This document shows positions 1-12,139 of a DNA stretch of 64,000 nucleotides, piece by piece. The stretch covers positions 2,668,001 through 2,732,000 of the forward strand of contig MU058687.1 in the NCBI GenBank assembly GCA_013265495.1, written 5' to 3'. The notes under the pieces were generated by a model. It ran no database searches. It saw nothing but the letters and a program-made list of their open reading frames with translations, and was not told where the DNA came from. The position numbers and the translations under genes were made by a program. Position 1 is the stretch's first letter, and each line of letters starts with the position of its first letter. Source of the DNA: Vicugna vicugna. Lineage: Eukaryota.

Positions 1-585
1 TTTATTAGGGACTTACAATGTGTCCAGTGCTGCTGTGGGTGGGATGCATCAGTGAATAAAAAACCAAAACTTTATACAGAGTTTACATTCTAGCAGGAAG
101 AGACTGACCACGAGTAACGACTATAACCGATAGTGCTTCATACACAATGTTAGAAGATACATGCTGGGGGGGAAAGAACAGAACCAGGAGGGGAGGTTCA
201 GGAGGGCCATTGCTGTGGGGCAGGGAGGTGGGTTTACAATTTTAAACAGGTGAGGAGTGATATTTGAGCAACAACCTGAAGGCAGTGAGGGAGAGCCATG
301 TGGATCTGGGGAAGGCTTTTCAGGCTGAGCAAAGGTCCGCAGAAAGGAACCGGCCTGGTGTGTCTGAGACCAGTAAGGCAGCCTGAGGCTGGAGCAGGGA
401 GGGAGGGAGCCCGTGGTGGGAGGGGAGGTCAGAAGGAGCAGCGCCTAAGCAGGGGGCCTCAAGGGCTGTCATAAACGTAAGCGTGGGTCTCAGTGAGGTG
501 GGCCCTTGCAGGCTTTGGGGCAGAGGAGCGGGGACTCTAACATCTTTGAAAAGGGTGTCCTTGTTGCTGTATGACGAATAGACTT
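1..585 (-). mobile_element. L2 (L2a-like) LINE 3' fragment
   Basis: Colinear with the recalled reverse-complement L2a 3' end (tttatt..acttac..atgtg..cag, gtttacattctag, tgatatttgagcaa..acctgaagg..gtgaggga.agccatgtggat.tggggaag, tttgaaaaggg...gaatagact). Confidence 0.8.
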
Positions 586-589
586 CAGC

Positions 590-688
590 AACAAACTGGT
601 GACTATAACATAAAAGAAGCTGACTCCCAGACATAAGGAACAAACTAGTGGTTACCAGTTGGGGATGGGGGCAACACAGGGGTGGGAG
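590..688 (+). mobile_element. L1 3' UTR internal fragment
   Basis: gactataacataaaagaagctgactcccagacataaggaacaaactagtggttaccag followed by a G-rich tract, typical of laurasiatherian L1 3' UTR. No tail. Confidence 0.7.
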
Positions 689-2554
689 TTGCTCAAAGAT
701 TCTCAGAACACATTCAAAGGATGAAGAAAGAGCGAACAGATCCCTGCTCTCAGCAGCCCAGCTGTGGGTTCCGAGAGCCGTTCCAGCAGACACGCCGCCC
801 GGCATCTGGCAGGGCCCGGCTGCAAACACGTCTGGGCAAAGGTCCACAGAGGCTCCGGATGGCGGGGGACTGGCCCAGGGGCAGAAGCTCCAGCCAAACT
901 GTGGAAGCAGAAGTTCCAAGGGCACTGGGAAAGCTGAGGACTGGCTTGCTCACCGAGCAAGATCAGAGGCACACAGTAAACACAGGTGTTTCTACCAGAA
1001 GCAGCCTTCCTGGCAATATACCCCCTGCTACCCAGCCACCCAGGGCCGGACTCTCCCAGCTGCCAGGACCCCTGTCTCACAGGGCTGGGGGCACTAAGCT
1101 AGGAGCCAGCTGGCCCAGGGGCACCTCCCATGGAAAGCCTCGCCCCCACCACCGAGCCTCAGTGGTGAGGACCCTGACTGGGGATGGGGAGGGAGGCAGG
1201 GCTCCTTCATGCAGCCAAGCTCTCTCCTGCCCCCGTTCCCAACCTGGCTGGATGCAAGGCCCCAACTGGCTTGGCCACAAGGACCTAACCTGGCCTGGGG
1301 GTAGTACATCAAGGGACTGCGGTGAGAGGGAGGCAGGGCGGCCCGGTGGTCGGGGCACGGGCTGGGTGATAGGCTGCCCTATGTGCGTTTCTCCCTTCTC
1401 CCCTTCTTCCCTTGTTCTTTACGGAGGTCTTACTCTGTGCCAGGCCCCGTGTGTGGCATCAGGGTTAGTCTTGAGAGTGCAATGGGCCAGCTCGACTCAG
1501 TGACGTGGAGCCTGAGCCCGATCAGGGAGGCAGGCACACATTAAACAGACAGCCACGCACACACTGCCCCTGGGAGGACTCCCGCAAAGGTGGAGCCGCA
1601 CAGGGACAACGTGGCAGTCCTTTGGCTGCAACCAGCTACTCAGTTAATCTGATTCTCATCATTGTAATTACAGAACCCATCCCTCTGGCTTTGTAAGAGT
1701 AAATGGGACTCACACACAGACCACAGGCCCCACGCCAGGCCCAGAGGGCTCCCTAACCTTACGAGGGTGGGGGCTTTATCGTCCCTGCGGCTGCTGGGAG
1801 CCCGGGAAAGAAGAGGCAGGAAAGAGTGTCTCTCCAGGTTGTGGCCTGCGGGGCCTGCCAGGGCAGAGCAGAGGCCAGCGTTGGTTACTGTCAGGCCCAC
1901 CTTCCCTCTGGACCTGGACTCTTCCTACAGCCTGAGGGGTGGTTTCCAGCCCCCGGGCAGGGCCTGCCTGCTCTCCCTGACCCCTGTTCAGCTGCTGCTG
2001 CCAGAGTCCAGCATAGTTCCCAAGTAAGGACATTCCTGGACCCAGACCCCACCGTCCCCCAAGGCAGTCACCCTGCCAGTGGTCTGAGCCAGCCATTATG
2101 CCGCGGAGACAAGAAACAAAGCAAGCAGGCCTGGCCGTGTGGAGGCCTGGTTTGGAGCTGGCAAAGCAACCCTGCACTCCCCGCTCCCGCCCTCGGGAAG
2201 ACTGCCACTGATGGGGAATGGAAGGCCAGGGTGAGAACTTCTCTGTCCCCCCTACCCCCAACCCAGGGCCCTGGTAGCCGAGGGGAGCCCGAGACTCAGC
2301 CTCCGCCACTGTCCGTCCCCTAGTCATCTGGAATGGAAGGTACTACACAAGGTGGTAAGTTCCCAGGTCTTCCTACTGCCTCAGTTTCCCTAAGGAGAGT
2401 CAGGGTGGGGCACCCGACATTGCCACTGAGGACAGTGTAACCAGGAGGGAGCAGAGTGGGGATGTCTGCTCAGACCTGCCTTCCAGCCAAGGTCTCAGGG
2501 ACATGGTCCAGGAGAGAGGGGGTGGGGCTGAGGAGGGCCAGGGATCTTCTGGGA

Positions 2555-2705
2555 GCGGGCTGGTTTTATGGGTGCAGCCCATGCAGCCACACAGAGCCCG
2601 TACTTAGAAGGGCCTGGGGCTTGGCTTCATGCTCTGTTACCACTGTCTGAAAATTCCTAATAGTCCTTTTTAACAAATGGCCGTACAACTATGTTCCTGG
2701 TCTTG
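2555..2705 (+). mobile_element. MER91A-like hAT-Tip100 MITE
   Basis: gggctggttttatggg..gcagccacacagagcccg..cttagaagggcc..gcttgg.ttcatgctctg..ctgtctgaaaattcctaata matches the recalled MER91A consensus. Confidence 0.7.
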
Positions 2706-5700
2706 TCTGAGGGAGAGGATGTTTACACACAAAGGGCCTTCCTGTCTAGGGGACAGAACTGGAGGATGTGGGAGCAGTGGACCCATCACCTCCGCCAGCA
2801 ACTCCAGTGAAGATGAAGAGAGCACAGGCCTCGTCTTGACTCTGGCCAAATGGGATCTGTGTTTCTGGAAGAGAGGAAAGAGAAACAGTCCTGGCCTCAA
2901 CAGGTTGCAGATGAGGGAGGAAGAAGGGCAGGGGTCAGGGGAGGCCCGCCCTGCCCCTTTACGTCCTGGTTGCCTCTTCCCCCACAGAGGAGGAGGAGCA
3001 CTGATGACCCCCACGCTGCAGTTCTGAGGCCAGCGGGCAGAGAGGGGCCTGAGGTAGTGAGGCCTCAGAGCCAGGAGGAAGACCCTTCAGGGGCCTCAGT
3101 CCACAGGGCCAGCCCAGGCCCGCTCTGGCCTCTGGTCTCCAGCCAATAGGTAATTCAGAAATTCCTCCAGAAGGCTGCCCGGGCCTGCCCGCCTCACTCC
3201 CCCAGCCTGAGCCAGCCTGCCTGGGCCGGGCCGACTCCTGGTTTCCACCACCCAGAGGCCAGCCAGCTGCTCCTGCGCCTCCCCCTGCTCACAGCTGGTC
3301 CAGGGTCAGATGGTGCCGGGAAACGCATTGGCAGCAGGGGAGCTGGCCCAGGGTCCCCGGCCAGGGCCAGGCTCCACGGAAGAGGGTGGAGAAGAGGCCC
3401 AACCCAACGTGTGCTGTGGGGGAAAGAGGTGAGACTTAGCCTTGGGGATCGGCCTGAGGCCCTGCCTGGAGCCCAGCCCAGTTCTCAGAAGCCAGCCCCA
3501 GAGGAGTCTGCCTTCCCTGGCAGAGGCCGCCAGGCATGAGCCAGGAGCCCAGGGCAGGGCCTGCCCCAGCGCCTCATCTTCTGTCCCTGAGGCTGAGAAC
3601 TGGGCCACCAGAAGCCACCTTCCCCTGGATCCCAAGATCCCAGCAGCTAATCCCCTCTCCATTAAGATGCAAATTTTCTCCAGAGGCCCGGAGAGGCCAG
3701 GCTGAACTTCTGGGGAAGTTGTGGCCAGCTGACCTCATTCTCAAGTAAGACCCAGAGGAAAGGGCAAGAGAGGGGATTTAGTGAAACTGGCAGTGAGATT
3801 TGCTTCTGCAGAAGAGGAAGGAAGGGGACAAAAAGGGTAGATGAACTTACTAGTTTTAAAACTGTGTCCTGGACAGGCTGCCAGCTTCTTGAGGCCAGTG
3901 CTAGATGGGGCCCGGATGGCACAAAGCGGATCAGAGTTCTGGAGTCAGAGCCCAGCTTTACCGCTGCCTGGCCGCAGGACCCTGGGCGAAACACGACATG
4001 TCCCCGCCACAGCTTCCTCACTTGCAAAGGGGGAGCTAAAAGCCCCCCCCAGGTCGCCGTGAGTGCAGGCATCACTCAGCATTACGGGGGGCTTGATGCC
4101 ATGCCAGGCGCAGAGAACACGATCGCGCTGCGGACACCGCCCTTTTCCATGGCAGTCACTCCGTCCACCCCTGACCCGGCTGCATGCCCCACTCTCCCAC
4201 TGCCCAGCAGCAATTCCAGGCCCAGTTCTGACTCAAGCTAGATCTGGACGTGACCTTGGAAGAGATCCCCAGGCCCCCTCTGGAGCTCTGGTCCGTACAG
4301 CAGGGGAACCAATGCTTTCCCCGCCTCGCTCCCTCGGTACCGTGTCCAGCACCACGAATGCAGATGCGAGGACCCCAATCCCATTTGCCTAAAATTGTTG
4401 AAAGAATCCAGTAGTACCCTGATTCACCTCCAGGTCTATCAAATCAACCACACTTCAGAACACAAATCTTCTTCCTCATCTCCTTGAGGAATAAGAGGCC
4501 CCCTCATGGGCCTCTACATTCTCAGGGCCTCTAAGGTCTGCAAGCCAAGCGCAGTCCTCCCTGCCTGCTCTGGAGGGCAACCACCTGCTCCTGCCTGACT
4601 GGATGACCCTCCACTAACCTGGCCCTCTGCCATCTACTGCCCTCACCGCTGCCTGCTTCTCAGAAACCCCAGCTGTCTCCCTGACTCAGTTTCCCCCTAG
4701 TAGAGCTACCCCTTAATTGTGCTCCCCTCCTGTTTTGATCTCTGTTCCTGCCCAAGGTTTGACTCTTGACCCCGGACCTCCAGCCACGATCTCTAACATC
4801 TGACCACACACAGACCAGCTGACCACTCCCACATGTCTCCCTGTTTCTCATCTCTAGTCACTAATGCGCAGCCCAAGCCTTCTGCAAAGTGCCCCATAAG
4901 CCTCTCCAAGAGCTTCTGGAAACTTCTGGGTATCTTGAGGGGGTCCATGTAGTTCCGCAGGATTGGTGTGTTGGGGTCCACAGCTCAGCCTTCATCTACC
5001 ATGTGCGGTGCACACTCTGTCCTTTGGTTTGCCTCCCACATCAGGACCCTGCAGCCCTTCCCTTCACCTCACATCATCCTTGCTCTTGCAGAAAGAGGGT
5101 TCATCCCATGGAGGGGTCTGGGGACCCCACGGAGCCATCACTACATCTCTGGGACTGGCAGCCCTCTCAGAATTACAGCCAGAAAGGGGGGGGGGGCTGT
5201 TCCCTCTATTCTTAGTTATTCAAGCATAACTGGGGCTTCTAGTGTCTGGCCCCCAAGGATTCAGCCCCGCCAGTGGGGAGGTGAGAAGATTCCCACAGAG
5301 TTCCCCACCCCACGCCCAGCTTTCTGCTCTGACCTGGAGACCTTCTCTGTCCTGGGGGTTGACGGGAAACGGGAGAAAGGAAGGGGGTAATTAGTCTCGC
5401 CTGACCATTTTGCCATCTGTAACCTATGGAAAAGCTTCAAGTCTGACGTCCAAATTCATCATCTTGCAGCTCAGAGGCTGAGGAGTGTCCTGGGGCTAAA
5501 CAGTCAGCTAGTACTTGCCGGTTGCCTTGCAGGGCAGGGTGTAAAACCCTCCCACTGGAGCCCGTGCTGGGCATCACAACTTGCAGTGTCCTCTGCTGCG
5601 AGCTGGGGCCCAGAGTTCTGGACCAGGGAGCCTGCCTGAGAGCTGTCTCCTTCCTCGTCCAAAGAAACAGCGAAGATGATGGTCGCTTTCAGCCCCAACC

Positions 5701-5849
5701 CCTCCCCATAGACCAGAAAGAGCTGCCCCAGCGGCCCAGCTTATTTTGGAGAAACTCGCCCACATCCTGTGCTGGCTCTTCTTCCTCCCCACTCACTTCA
5801 GGTCTCCACGCCCTAGCCCAGAATCCAGCTCAGGGTTGGAAAGACTTGG

Positions 5850-6045
5850 TTTTACCTGCCTCTGTCACCGACCCACTGTGTGACTTCAGCAGGCTGCTTA
5901 AACGTTCAGCCTCAGCTTGCTTGTCTGTAAAACGGGAGTAATACGCACACTTCCCTCCTAGGGTTGTGAGAATCAGATGAGCTAATGTGGGTAAAGTGCA
6001 GAGCTCAGTGCCTGTTCAGAGTTAAGCGAGGATAGTTATTTTTAT
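5850..6045 (+). mobile_element. MIR SINE
   Basis: Core ctgtgtgacttcagcaggctgctta..agcctcagcttgcttgtctgtaaaacggg..agggttgtgagaatcagatgagctaatg. Confidence 0.8.
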
Positions 6046-6657
6046 TCTTATTACCATTGTCTCCATCACAGCAGGGAAACAAGTTAATAAACTACTCCCT
6101 AACAGAGCCAATTAAGGGAGGCCTGCTGGGCAGCTGTCCAGATACTAACCCAGGAGGAGGCTCCGATGCTCAGTGTTATAACATCACTGGTCCTATAACC
6201 GGACGGAGACAGCTGTGTTCTCCACCACCTCCCAGGAAGAGGACCCACTTGCTCAAGCTGCTTGGGGCTGGAGAGAGAGCTTGGCTGAGGAACATGCTCA
6301 ATACAAGAGCTGTTTACTGAAGTGCCTTCCAAAGAAGTTGGGCTGGTCATTGGCAGGGTGTTTGTTGGAGAGGGGCCAAATTTCCCAGGAGAGTCAAGGG
6401 GAAACTGAGGTTGCTGCCAGCCTCCCTCCTCTACCCTGCACCCCTCTACACAGGGCTCTGCCTCTCCCAGGTGGGGACAGCACACATCCCAGCCTGGGCC
6501 TCCTGCCTCTGCAGGGGCTGCTCCCACCAGAAATGTAGTCAGGTACCAGAAGTGGTAGGCGCGTGGTGGGGCTGGGAAGCATCGTCTCCAAGGCTCCACC
6601 ATGTGCCATCTTCTATGAACGGTCCCCATTCTTGCCCCTCTGAGGCTTTCTCTGGAG

Positions 6658-6961
6658 CAGAGCTACTCAAAGTGCCATCTGAGGCCCTTCAGCAAACCAC
6701 TTGCTCAGATCCAGGGTGGGACAAGCACAGAAAGTGTCGGCAAGCATTTAGATACTTTCCCAGCACTTTGACAGAGTTGTTTTATATCAGTTGAATCTAA
6801 TAATTTTTTTAAATTGGCTTATATTATACGTGTCTCTTGCTCATTTCATTTTTTTCCCAGCAATTCTTTTGTCTTCTATTTTACAGAAGAGATGGCCCAT
6901 CATTGATTAGATATTACAAAGAAAACTATTGGCCCTTGACCACAGAGCTGGAGAAGCTCTG
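6658..6961. mobile_element. hAT-Charlie non-autonomous DNA transposon
   Basis: Termini cagagctactcaaagtg ... gagaagctctg. Degenerate 8-bp TSD ctctggag (6650-6657) / ctctagat (6962-6969) fits the Charlie NTCTAGAN preference. Confidence 0.7.
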
Positions 6962-7017
6962 CTCTAGATGTCCTTTCATCTGGGTCTTAGCAACCTTCAC
7001 ATCGACATATTACATTA

Positions 7018-7523
7018 AAACAACCTAAATGTCCATCAGCAGATGAATGGATAAAGATGGGGGAGGGTGTATATATATATAATGGAATACTATTCCGCCA
7101 TAAAAAACAATGAAATAATGCCATTTGCTGCAACGTGGATGGACCTAGAGGTTATCATGCTAAGTAAGTCAGACAGAGAAAGAAAAATATCACATGATAT
7201 CACTTATATGTGGAATCTAAAATATGGCACAAATGAACTTATTTACCAAACAGAAACAGACATAGAAAGCAAACTTATGGTTACCAAAGGGGAAAGGAGG
7301 TGGGGGAGGGATAAATTAGGAGTTTGGGATTAGCAGATACAAATTACTACATATAAAACAAACAACAAGATCTTACTGTGTAGCACAGGGAACTATATGC
7401 AATATCCTGTAATAAACCATAATGGAAAAGAATATGAAAAAGAATACATATATATGTGCATTTTTTGGCTGTACACCAGAAACAAACACAACATTGTAAA
7501 TCAGCTATGCTTTAATAGAAAAA
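7018..7523 (+). mobile_element. 5'-truncated L1 (ORF2 C-terminus plus 3' UTR)
   Basis: ORF 7067 contains MEYYSAIKNNEIMPFAATWMDLEVIMLS (L1 ORF2 end), followed by 3' UTR and terminal acaacattgtaaatcagctatgctttaatagaaaaa. Confidence 0.95.
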
Positions 7524-8530
7524 CTGTGCCGCCTAGAAAGACAGTATACAGGAGGCGCCAAACACCCCCTTCCCCCAACCCCAGGTCAGCTTCCTCATCT
7601 TAGCTGTCTAGCCCGGAAGCTCCCTCCTCCATCAAGCCATCCCTGCTGTCCAGTTCACAGCCCTCTCTCCTCCCCTAGAACCCACAGGACTTTCTGTCTC
7701 CATCACTCGTTTGGCAATTTAGATAATAATAGTAACAATAATAATAATAACGTGCAAGGCATTGTGCTGTCACACTGAGCACGCACCTCCTCTGTTGTGT
7801 TGCCTTTGTGGCTACTTTTCAGCCTCTGTTGCCAACACTTGACTGCTGTGTATGGAATTCTCCACTCCCAGCTTTGAGGCTCCCAGGCACCAAGCCCACC
7901 GCCCGCCCTCCTGGGCGCCCCCCACTTGCTGGGCACAGGGCACCGCAGGAGGCAGACAGACAAAGACACAAATAGACCCAGCAGCGGAACTGCCTCGGGG
8001 TGGGGGTTGGCAGCGGGTAAGGAAAGGGAGGAGCAAAGAAACTCCTTTCTCTTTCTTCCATGTGCATTTCCAACACTAGGGCTTTTTCGTTTTAGAACAT
8101 ACTGATTATTTTTTTTTAAGTCATAAGTGCATAAGGTAAAAAATGTGAAGCTGACAGAGAGCAGAGAACAGGTAGGGTGTGTGCAGCCCACTGGCCCCAT
8201 GACACCACTCCTGTCCTCCCTTCGAGGATGCCCATGCGTCTGCGGGTACTTCTGTGTAGCGCTCCCTTTGTTTTCATGTCGCTGAGAACTCACCACGCGC
8301 CCCTCTGCACTTGGCCTCTTCTGGCAGTAGATCTCAGCCAGCAACCCTCTCTCATGGACGCCTCTCAGAATCTTCTTTCTCACAGACACCAAGCCGGAAG
8401 CTTCCTCGGAAACCTGCTCTTGCAGGGATGCCCAGATGGGGCCTCAGGTGTGGGTACCTGTCTGCTGGGTCAGAGCTGGGGCCACACCCTGACCAGGGTG
8501 AGTGCAAGTGCATCTGGGAATCCATATTTC

Positions 8531-8960
8531 TTTTTTTTTTTTAAGAATAAATTCATGTTATTGCTAACAAAACTAAATTATATAAACACTATGCAGACCA
8601 AATGTTCTTTCAAAGCTTCTTTAAGATGTTTCCATGCTTACTTCTTACCAAAACCAGCACCACAACTTTCCTGACAGAGCAGGGATAAAAGGATACCCAA
8701 TTAATATTAATAGAGAGGGGATGGATAGAGCTCAGTGGTAGAGCACATGCTTAGTATGCACAAGGTCCTGAGTTCAATACCCAGTACCGCCATTAAAAAA
8801 TACATATGTACACTAATAGATATACATACATTTCCTATCAGCAGTACATTTCACAGTGCTCTGTAATGTAACATCTAATTCCTGCTTCTTTTTTTTTAAC
8901 TTTTTTTTTTTTGAGTTATAGTCATTTTACAACGTTGTGTCAAATTCCAGTGTAGAGCAC
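8531..8960 (-). mobile_element. Very short L1 3' end with probable 3'-transduced segment
   Basis: L1 terminus 8913-8960 plus poly(T) 8889-8912. A second poly(T) at 8531-8542. TSD atatttcttt at 8524-8533 and 8963-8972. Confidence 0.75.
8716..8812 (+). mobile_element. tRNA-Ala-derived SINE (camelid Vic-1-like)
   Basis: gggg..gatagagctcagtggtagagcacatgcttagtatgcacaaggtcctgagttcaatacccagtacc with A and B boxes and an A-rich tail. Possible TSD taataga (8708-8714 / 8814-8820). Confidence 0.85.
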
Positions 8961-8974
8961 CAATATTTCTTTAA

Positions 8975-9110
8975 AACATCTCAGCCTGGAAATCTCAGAT
9001 CATGCCCTGGCAGGTCATTTACTCCGCTCTAATAACAGGTGAGGAAACTGAGGCTCAGGGAAAGGAAATGATGGCCCAGGTCACACAAGAAGTAAGTGGC
9101 AGGGAGACTC
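8975..9110 (-). mobile_element. MIR SINE fragment
   Basis: acaggtgaggaaactgaggctcagg...gcccaggtcacacaagaagtaagtggcag. Confidence 0.8.
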
Positions 9111-9160
9111 CCAAGCTGGGTCGGGGGAGTGCATTTCCCCTGGCACCAGGCCTTAGGGCC

Positions 9161-9696
9161 TGTACTGGTTTCCAAGGGCCTATACTAATTACCACAAACT
9201 GGGGTGCTTAGGACAACAGAAGTTCATTCTGTCCCAGTTCAGGAAGCCAGAAGTCCAAACTCAAGTTGCCCATAGGACCATGCTCCTCCTGAAGACTTCA
9301 GGGGAGGACCCTTCCTGGCCGCTTCCAGCTTCTGGAGGCTCCTAGTGTTCCTTACCTTACAGAAACATCACTCCAATCTCTGCCTCTGCCTCCATCATCA
9401 CGTGGCCTCTCTCAGATGAGAGAGCAACAAGGACTAGGGCCAAAGAGAGCGTGGCCCAGATAAGGAGGGGTGAAGAGGGTTGTTGGAAATGCAGCCTGAG
9501 TATTCTGCCTTCTGCGTGTCTCTGTGTGTCCTCTCTTCTTATAAGGACACTTGTCATTGGACTTAGGGCCCACCCTAAACTTACTGCATCCTTAACTTAC
9601 TGCATTTGCAAAGGCCCTATTTCCAAATAGGATCGCATTCTCAGGTTCCAGGTGGACATGAATGGGGGTGCAGGGGTGGTTATTCAACCCACTATA
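9161..9696 (-). mobile_element. MLT1A/B/C-type MaLR solo LTR, interrupted by an insert at about 9410-9506
   Basis: tgtactggtttcc..aattaccacaaactggggtgcttaggacaacagaa..cagttcaggaagccagaagtccaa..cttcttataaggacacttgtcattggacttagggcccaccc..tattcaacccactata. Confidence 0.9.
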
Positions 9697-9989
9697 AAGC
9701 CTTCCTTCATAAACAGTTCTATGGGCAGACTGGAGGCCTGCTTTGGGCTCCCAACCCTCAGCCTCAGAGGTGTCTGGCAGCTTTAAACCTTGGGACCAGT
9801 GGACCCAGAGGGACAGCTTCAGGCCAGCATCTGCATATGCAAGTTGCTGGGCAGAGTGACCTGGCCCCCCTGTGCCAAGCCGGCACCCCATCCTCAGCCA
9901 CTGTGACTGTGAGTTGCTCACAACTGATCCCTTCTGAGAATTGTCCCAGCCTCCCAGAGCTGCCTGGCCTGAAATGCTGGTTGTTTCCA

Positions 9990-10266
9990 GGCAGAAGCAA
10001 TGACTGAACAATGCTGGAGGACAGAAGTCCAGTCTCCGTGCTTTAGGAAGGGACAATGTTTGTGGTGCCATTTATACTCCAGAGCGCCTCATGGGACCAT
10101 CTGAGGCGAGACCTCCACTCAACCCACCTGTTTGCCAAGCATCCGCCCTGCCCTCTCCTGCTTCCCTCACTCCCTGACAATTTCACCTGGAAGCCCTTCC
10201 TCAAAAACTCACTTGCACAAGAATCTCTGCCTCAGGCTCCGCTTCTAGGGAACCTGACCTAAAATA
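9990..10266 (+). mobile_element. ERVL LTR (LTR16/LTR41-like) 3' part
   Basis: Terminal motif tcacttgcacaagaatctctgcctcaggctccgcttctagggaacctgacctaaaata. Confidence 0.65.
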
Positions 10267-10799
10267 GTGGGGGAGCGAGGCCATGTGTGACAGGTAAGGG
10301 AACAGTCACCAGGGCAAACCACCCAGTCCTCCCACTCACTCAGTCCTCCCTCAAGCTCATTGGGTGAGCACCAGGCCCCCTCGGGGAGGACGGGGTGGGG
10401 TGGGCATGGAGGAGGAGGAAGGGATAAAATAAACAGGTATCACCTTGGAGCTTGTGTTATGGAAATAAGATACACAGGCATGAGTAAACTTGAGAGCAAT
10501 TACAGAGCGACATGTCAGCATGCCAAAACCAGCCGGCATCTCTTGGTTATCTCAGGGACAAGTCAAAGCGTTGCTGAGCAGGAATTCATTTCTAGGTACC
10601 CTCACTATCCCCACCCCCGACTTGGCCATGTTCTCTTGGCTAAAATACCAGGAGGTGAAGGTCAGCAGGGCCAACTAGAGTCTGTCCGCCATAGTCCCCT
10701 GAGGGCTGGCAGGGATCAGGGTCCACAGGTGCTTAAGCCGTTCTTGTTAGTTACTTGGCTGGTTAATCAGTTAGCTAGTTAAAGAAAGAGAAAAATTTG

Positions 10800-11072
10800 G
10801 GGCATCTCAGGTGAGAGAGCAACAAGGACTAGGGCCAAAGAGAGCGTGGCCCAGATAAGGAGGGGTGAAGAGGGTTGTTGGAAATGCAGCCTGAGAGCTG
10901 GGCAGAGAGACCACGGCGACACGAAGGCCTGTGTGCAAAGCACAGGAGTTAGGACTTTACCTTGAAAGTTGTGGGTAGCCACAGAGGGACCTTAAAAGGA
11001 AAATTACTTGATCAGATTTTCACTTCGGAAAGATTACTCGGACAGTGGTTTGGAGGGTAATTTGGGAAGTGG
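10800..11072 (-). mobile_element. L2 fragment (continues at about 11525-11620)
   Basis: aggagttaggactttaccttg..gtagccacagagggaccttaa..gatcagattttcacttcggaaagattactcgg, resuming after the LTR with gcagtcaggaggctgt..aattccaggagagagg..ggcctgaaccaaggc. Confidence 0.7.
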
Positions 11073-11524
11073 TGTATTAGTTATTTATTGCTGCATAATA
11101 TATTACTCTAAAACTTAGCAGCTTAACACAATGAACATTCATTATCTGACATGGTTTCTGAGGGTTAGGAATCTGGGAGCAGCCTAAGTGGTGGTTCTGG
11201 ATCAAGGTCTCTCCTGAGGTTACAGTCAAGCTATCTGAAGGCTTGACGGGGCTGGAAGATAACTCAATCACATGCTGATGGCAGAAGGCCCATGGGCCTC
11301 TCCTTAGGGCTCCTCCCAATGTGGCAGCTCCTATCAGAACCAGAGAGCCAAGAGAGGACGAAAAGGAAGCCACAGTGACTTAATCATATACAGTCATTTC
11401 CGCCATATTCTATTTGTTACAAGTGAGTCAGTAAGTCCAGCCTACACTCAAAGGGAGAGGAATTAGCCTCCACCTTTTGGAAGGAGGAGTGTCAAAGACT
11501 TGTGGGCATGTTTTAAAACTGCCA
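11073..11524 (-). mobile_element. MLT1F/G-type MaLR solo LTR
   Basis: tgtattagttatttattgctgcataa..aaaacttagcagcttaa..aggaatctgggagcagc..gtgagtcagtaagtccagcctacactcaaaggga..ttttaaaactgcca. Confidence 0.85.
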
Positions 11525-12139
11525 TTGGTTAGCCTCTAGGCAGAGAGAGCAGTCAGGAGGCTGTAGGAGAATTCCAGGAGAGAGGTGTCAAGGCCTGAAC
11601 CAAGGCAAGGGTAGCAGGGATGGGGAGGAGGGGCATCACACAGGGATGGCTGATGCGGTGTAGGGAACCGCGATAGGTCAGGAGCCAGTTGGCAAGAGCA
11701 GCCTGTGGAGCACACCCCCTTGAACACAGGACCCCTGGCATGCAGGAACAGCTTGAACGGCCTCCATCTGAAAATAGGAAGGGTGGTGGGCAACCAACAG
11801 CCTCCAGGAGTGTTTGGATTATAGCTGGTTTCTGTAGCAGCTTGGGGAACGGAACCAGCACTAATCAGGTTGATCACTTGCAGGCGTCCAGTGGTGGGAA
11901 CCTTTTGGATCTATCCCTCCAGAACAAGGTTAAGATGAGAGTAGCCCCACCCCTTAAAGAAGACAGAAATCACAGATAGACAATCATAATGGCAGAGCAA
12001 CACGCTCTGAGTCAGTATATCAAGTACTACAATTTCGCCAGCCATCCTGGATGTGGCAAGCATGCGTGTGTTTATTCATTCAAACAATGTTTGTTGAACG
12101 TCACCCTGCCCCAGGCATTCTGCTAGGCCCTGCAGAGAA

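Noticed and set aside
682..1503. 273-aa ORF and overlapping ORFs
   Set aside because: No recognisable domain, a non-ATG start in L1-derived sequence, and several frames open at once, as expected in GC-rich DNA.
7067..7333. 88-aa ORF with protein-like sequence
   Set aside because: It is the L1 ORF2 C-terminus running into the UTR, not a host gene.
8716..8790. tRNA-like sequences here and at 61258-61330
   Set aside because: Broken stems, A-rich tails and TSDs show they are SINEs, not tRNA genes.
9417..10895. Direct repeats read as LTRs or a CRISPR-like structure
   Set aside because: There are only two copies, no TG..CA termini or PBS, and the intervening DNA consists of unrelated old repeats.
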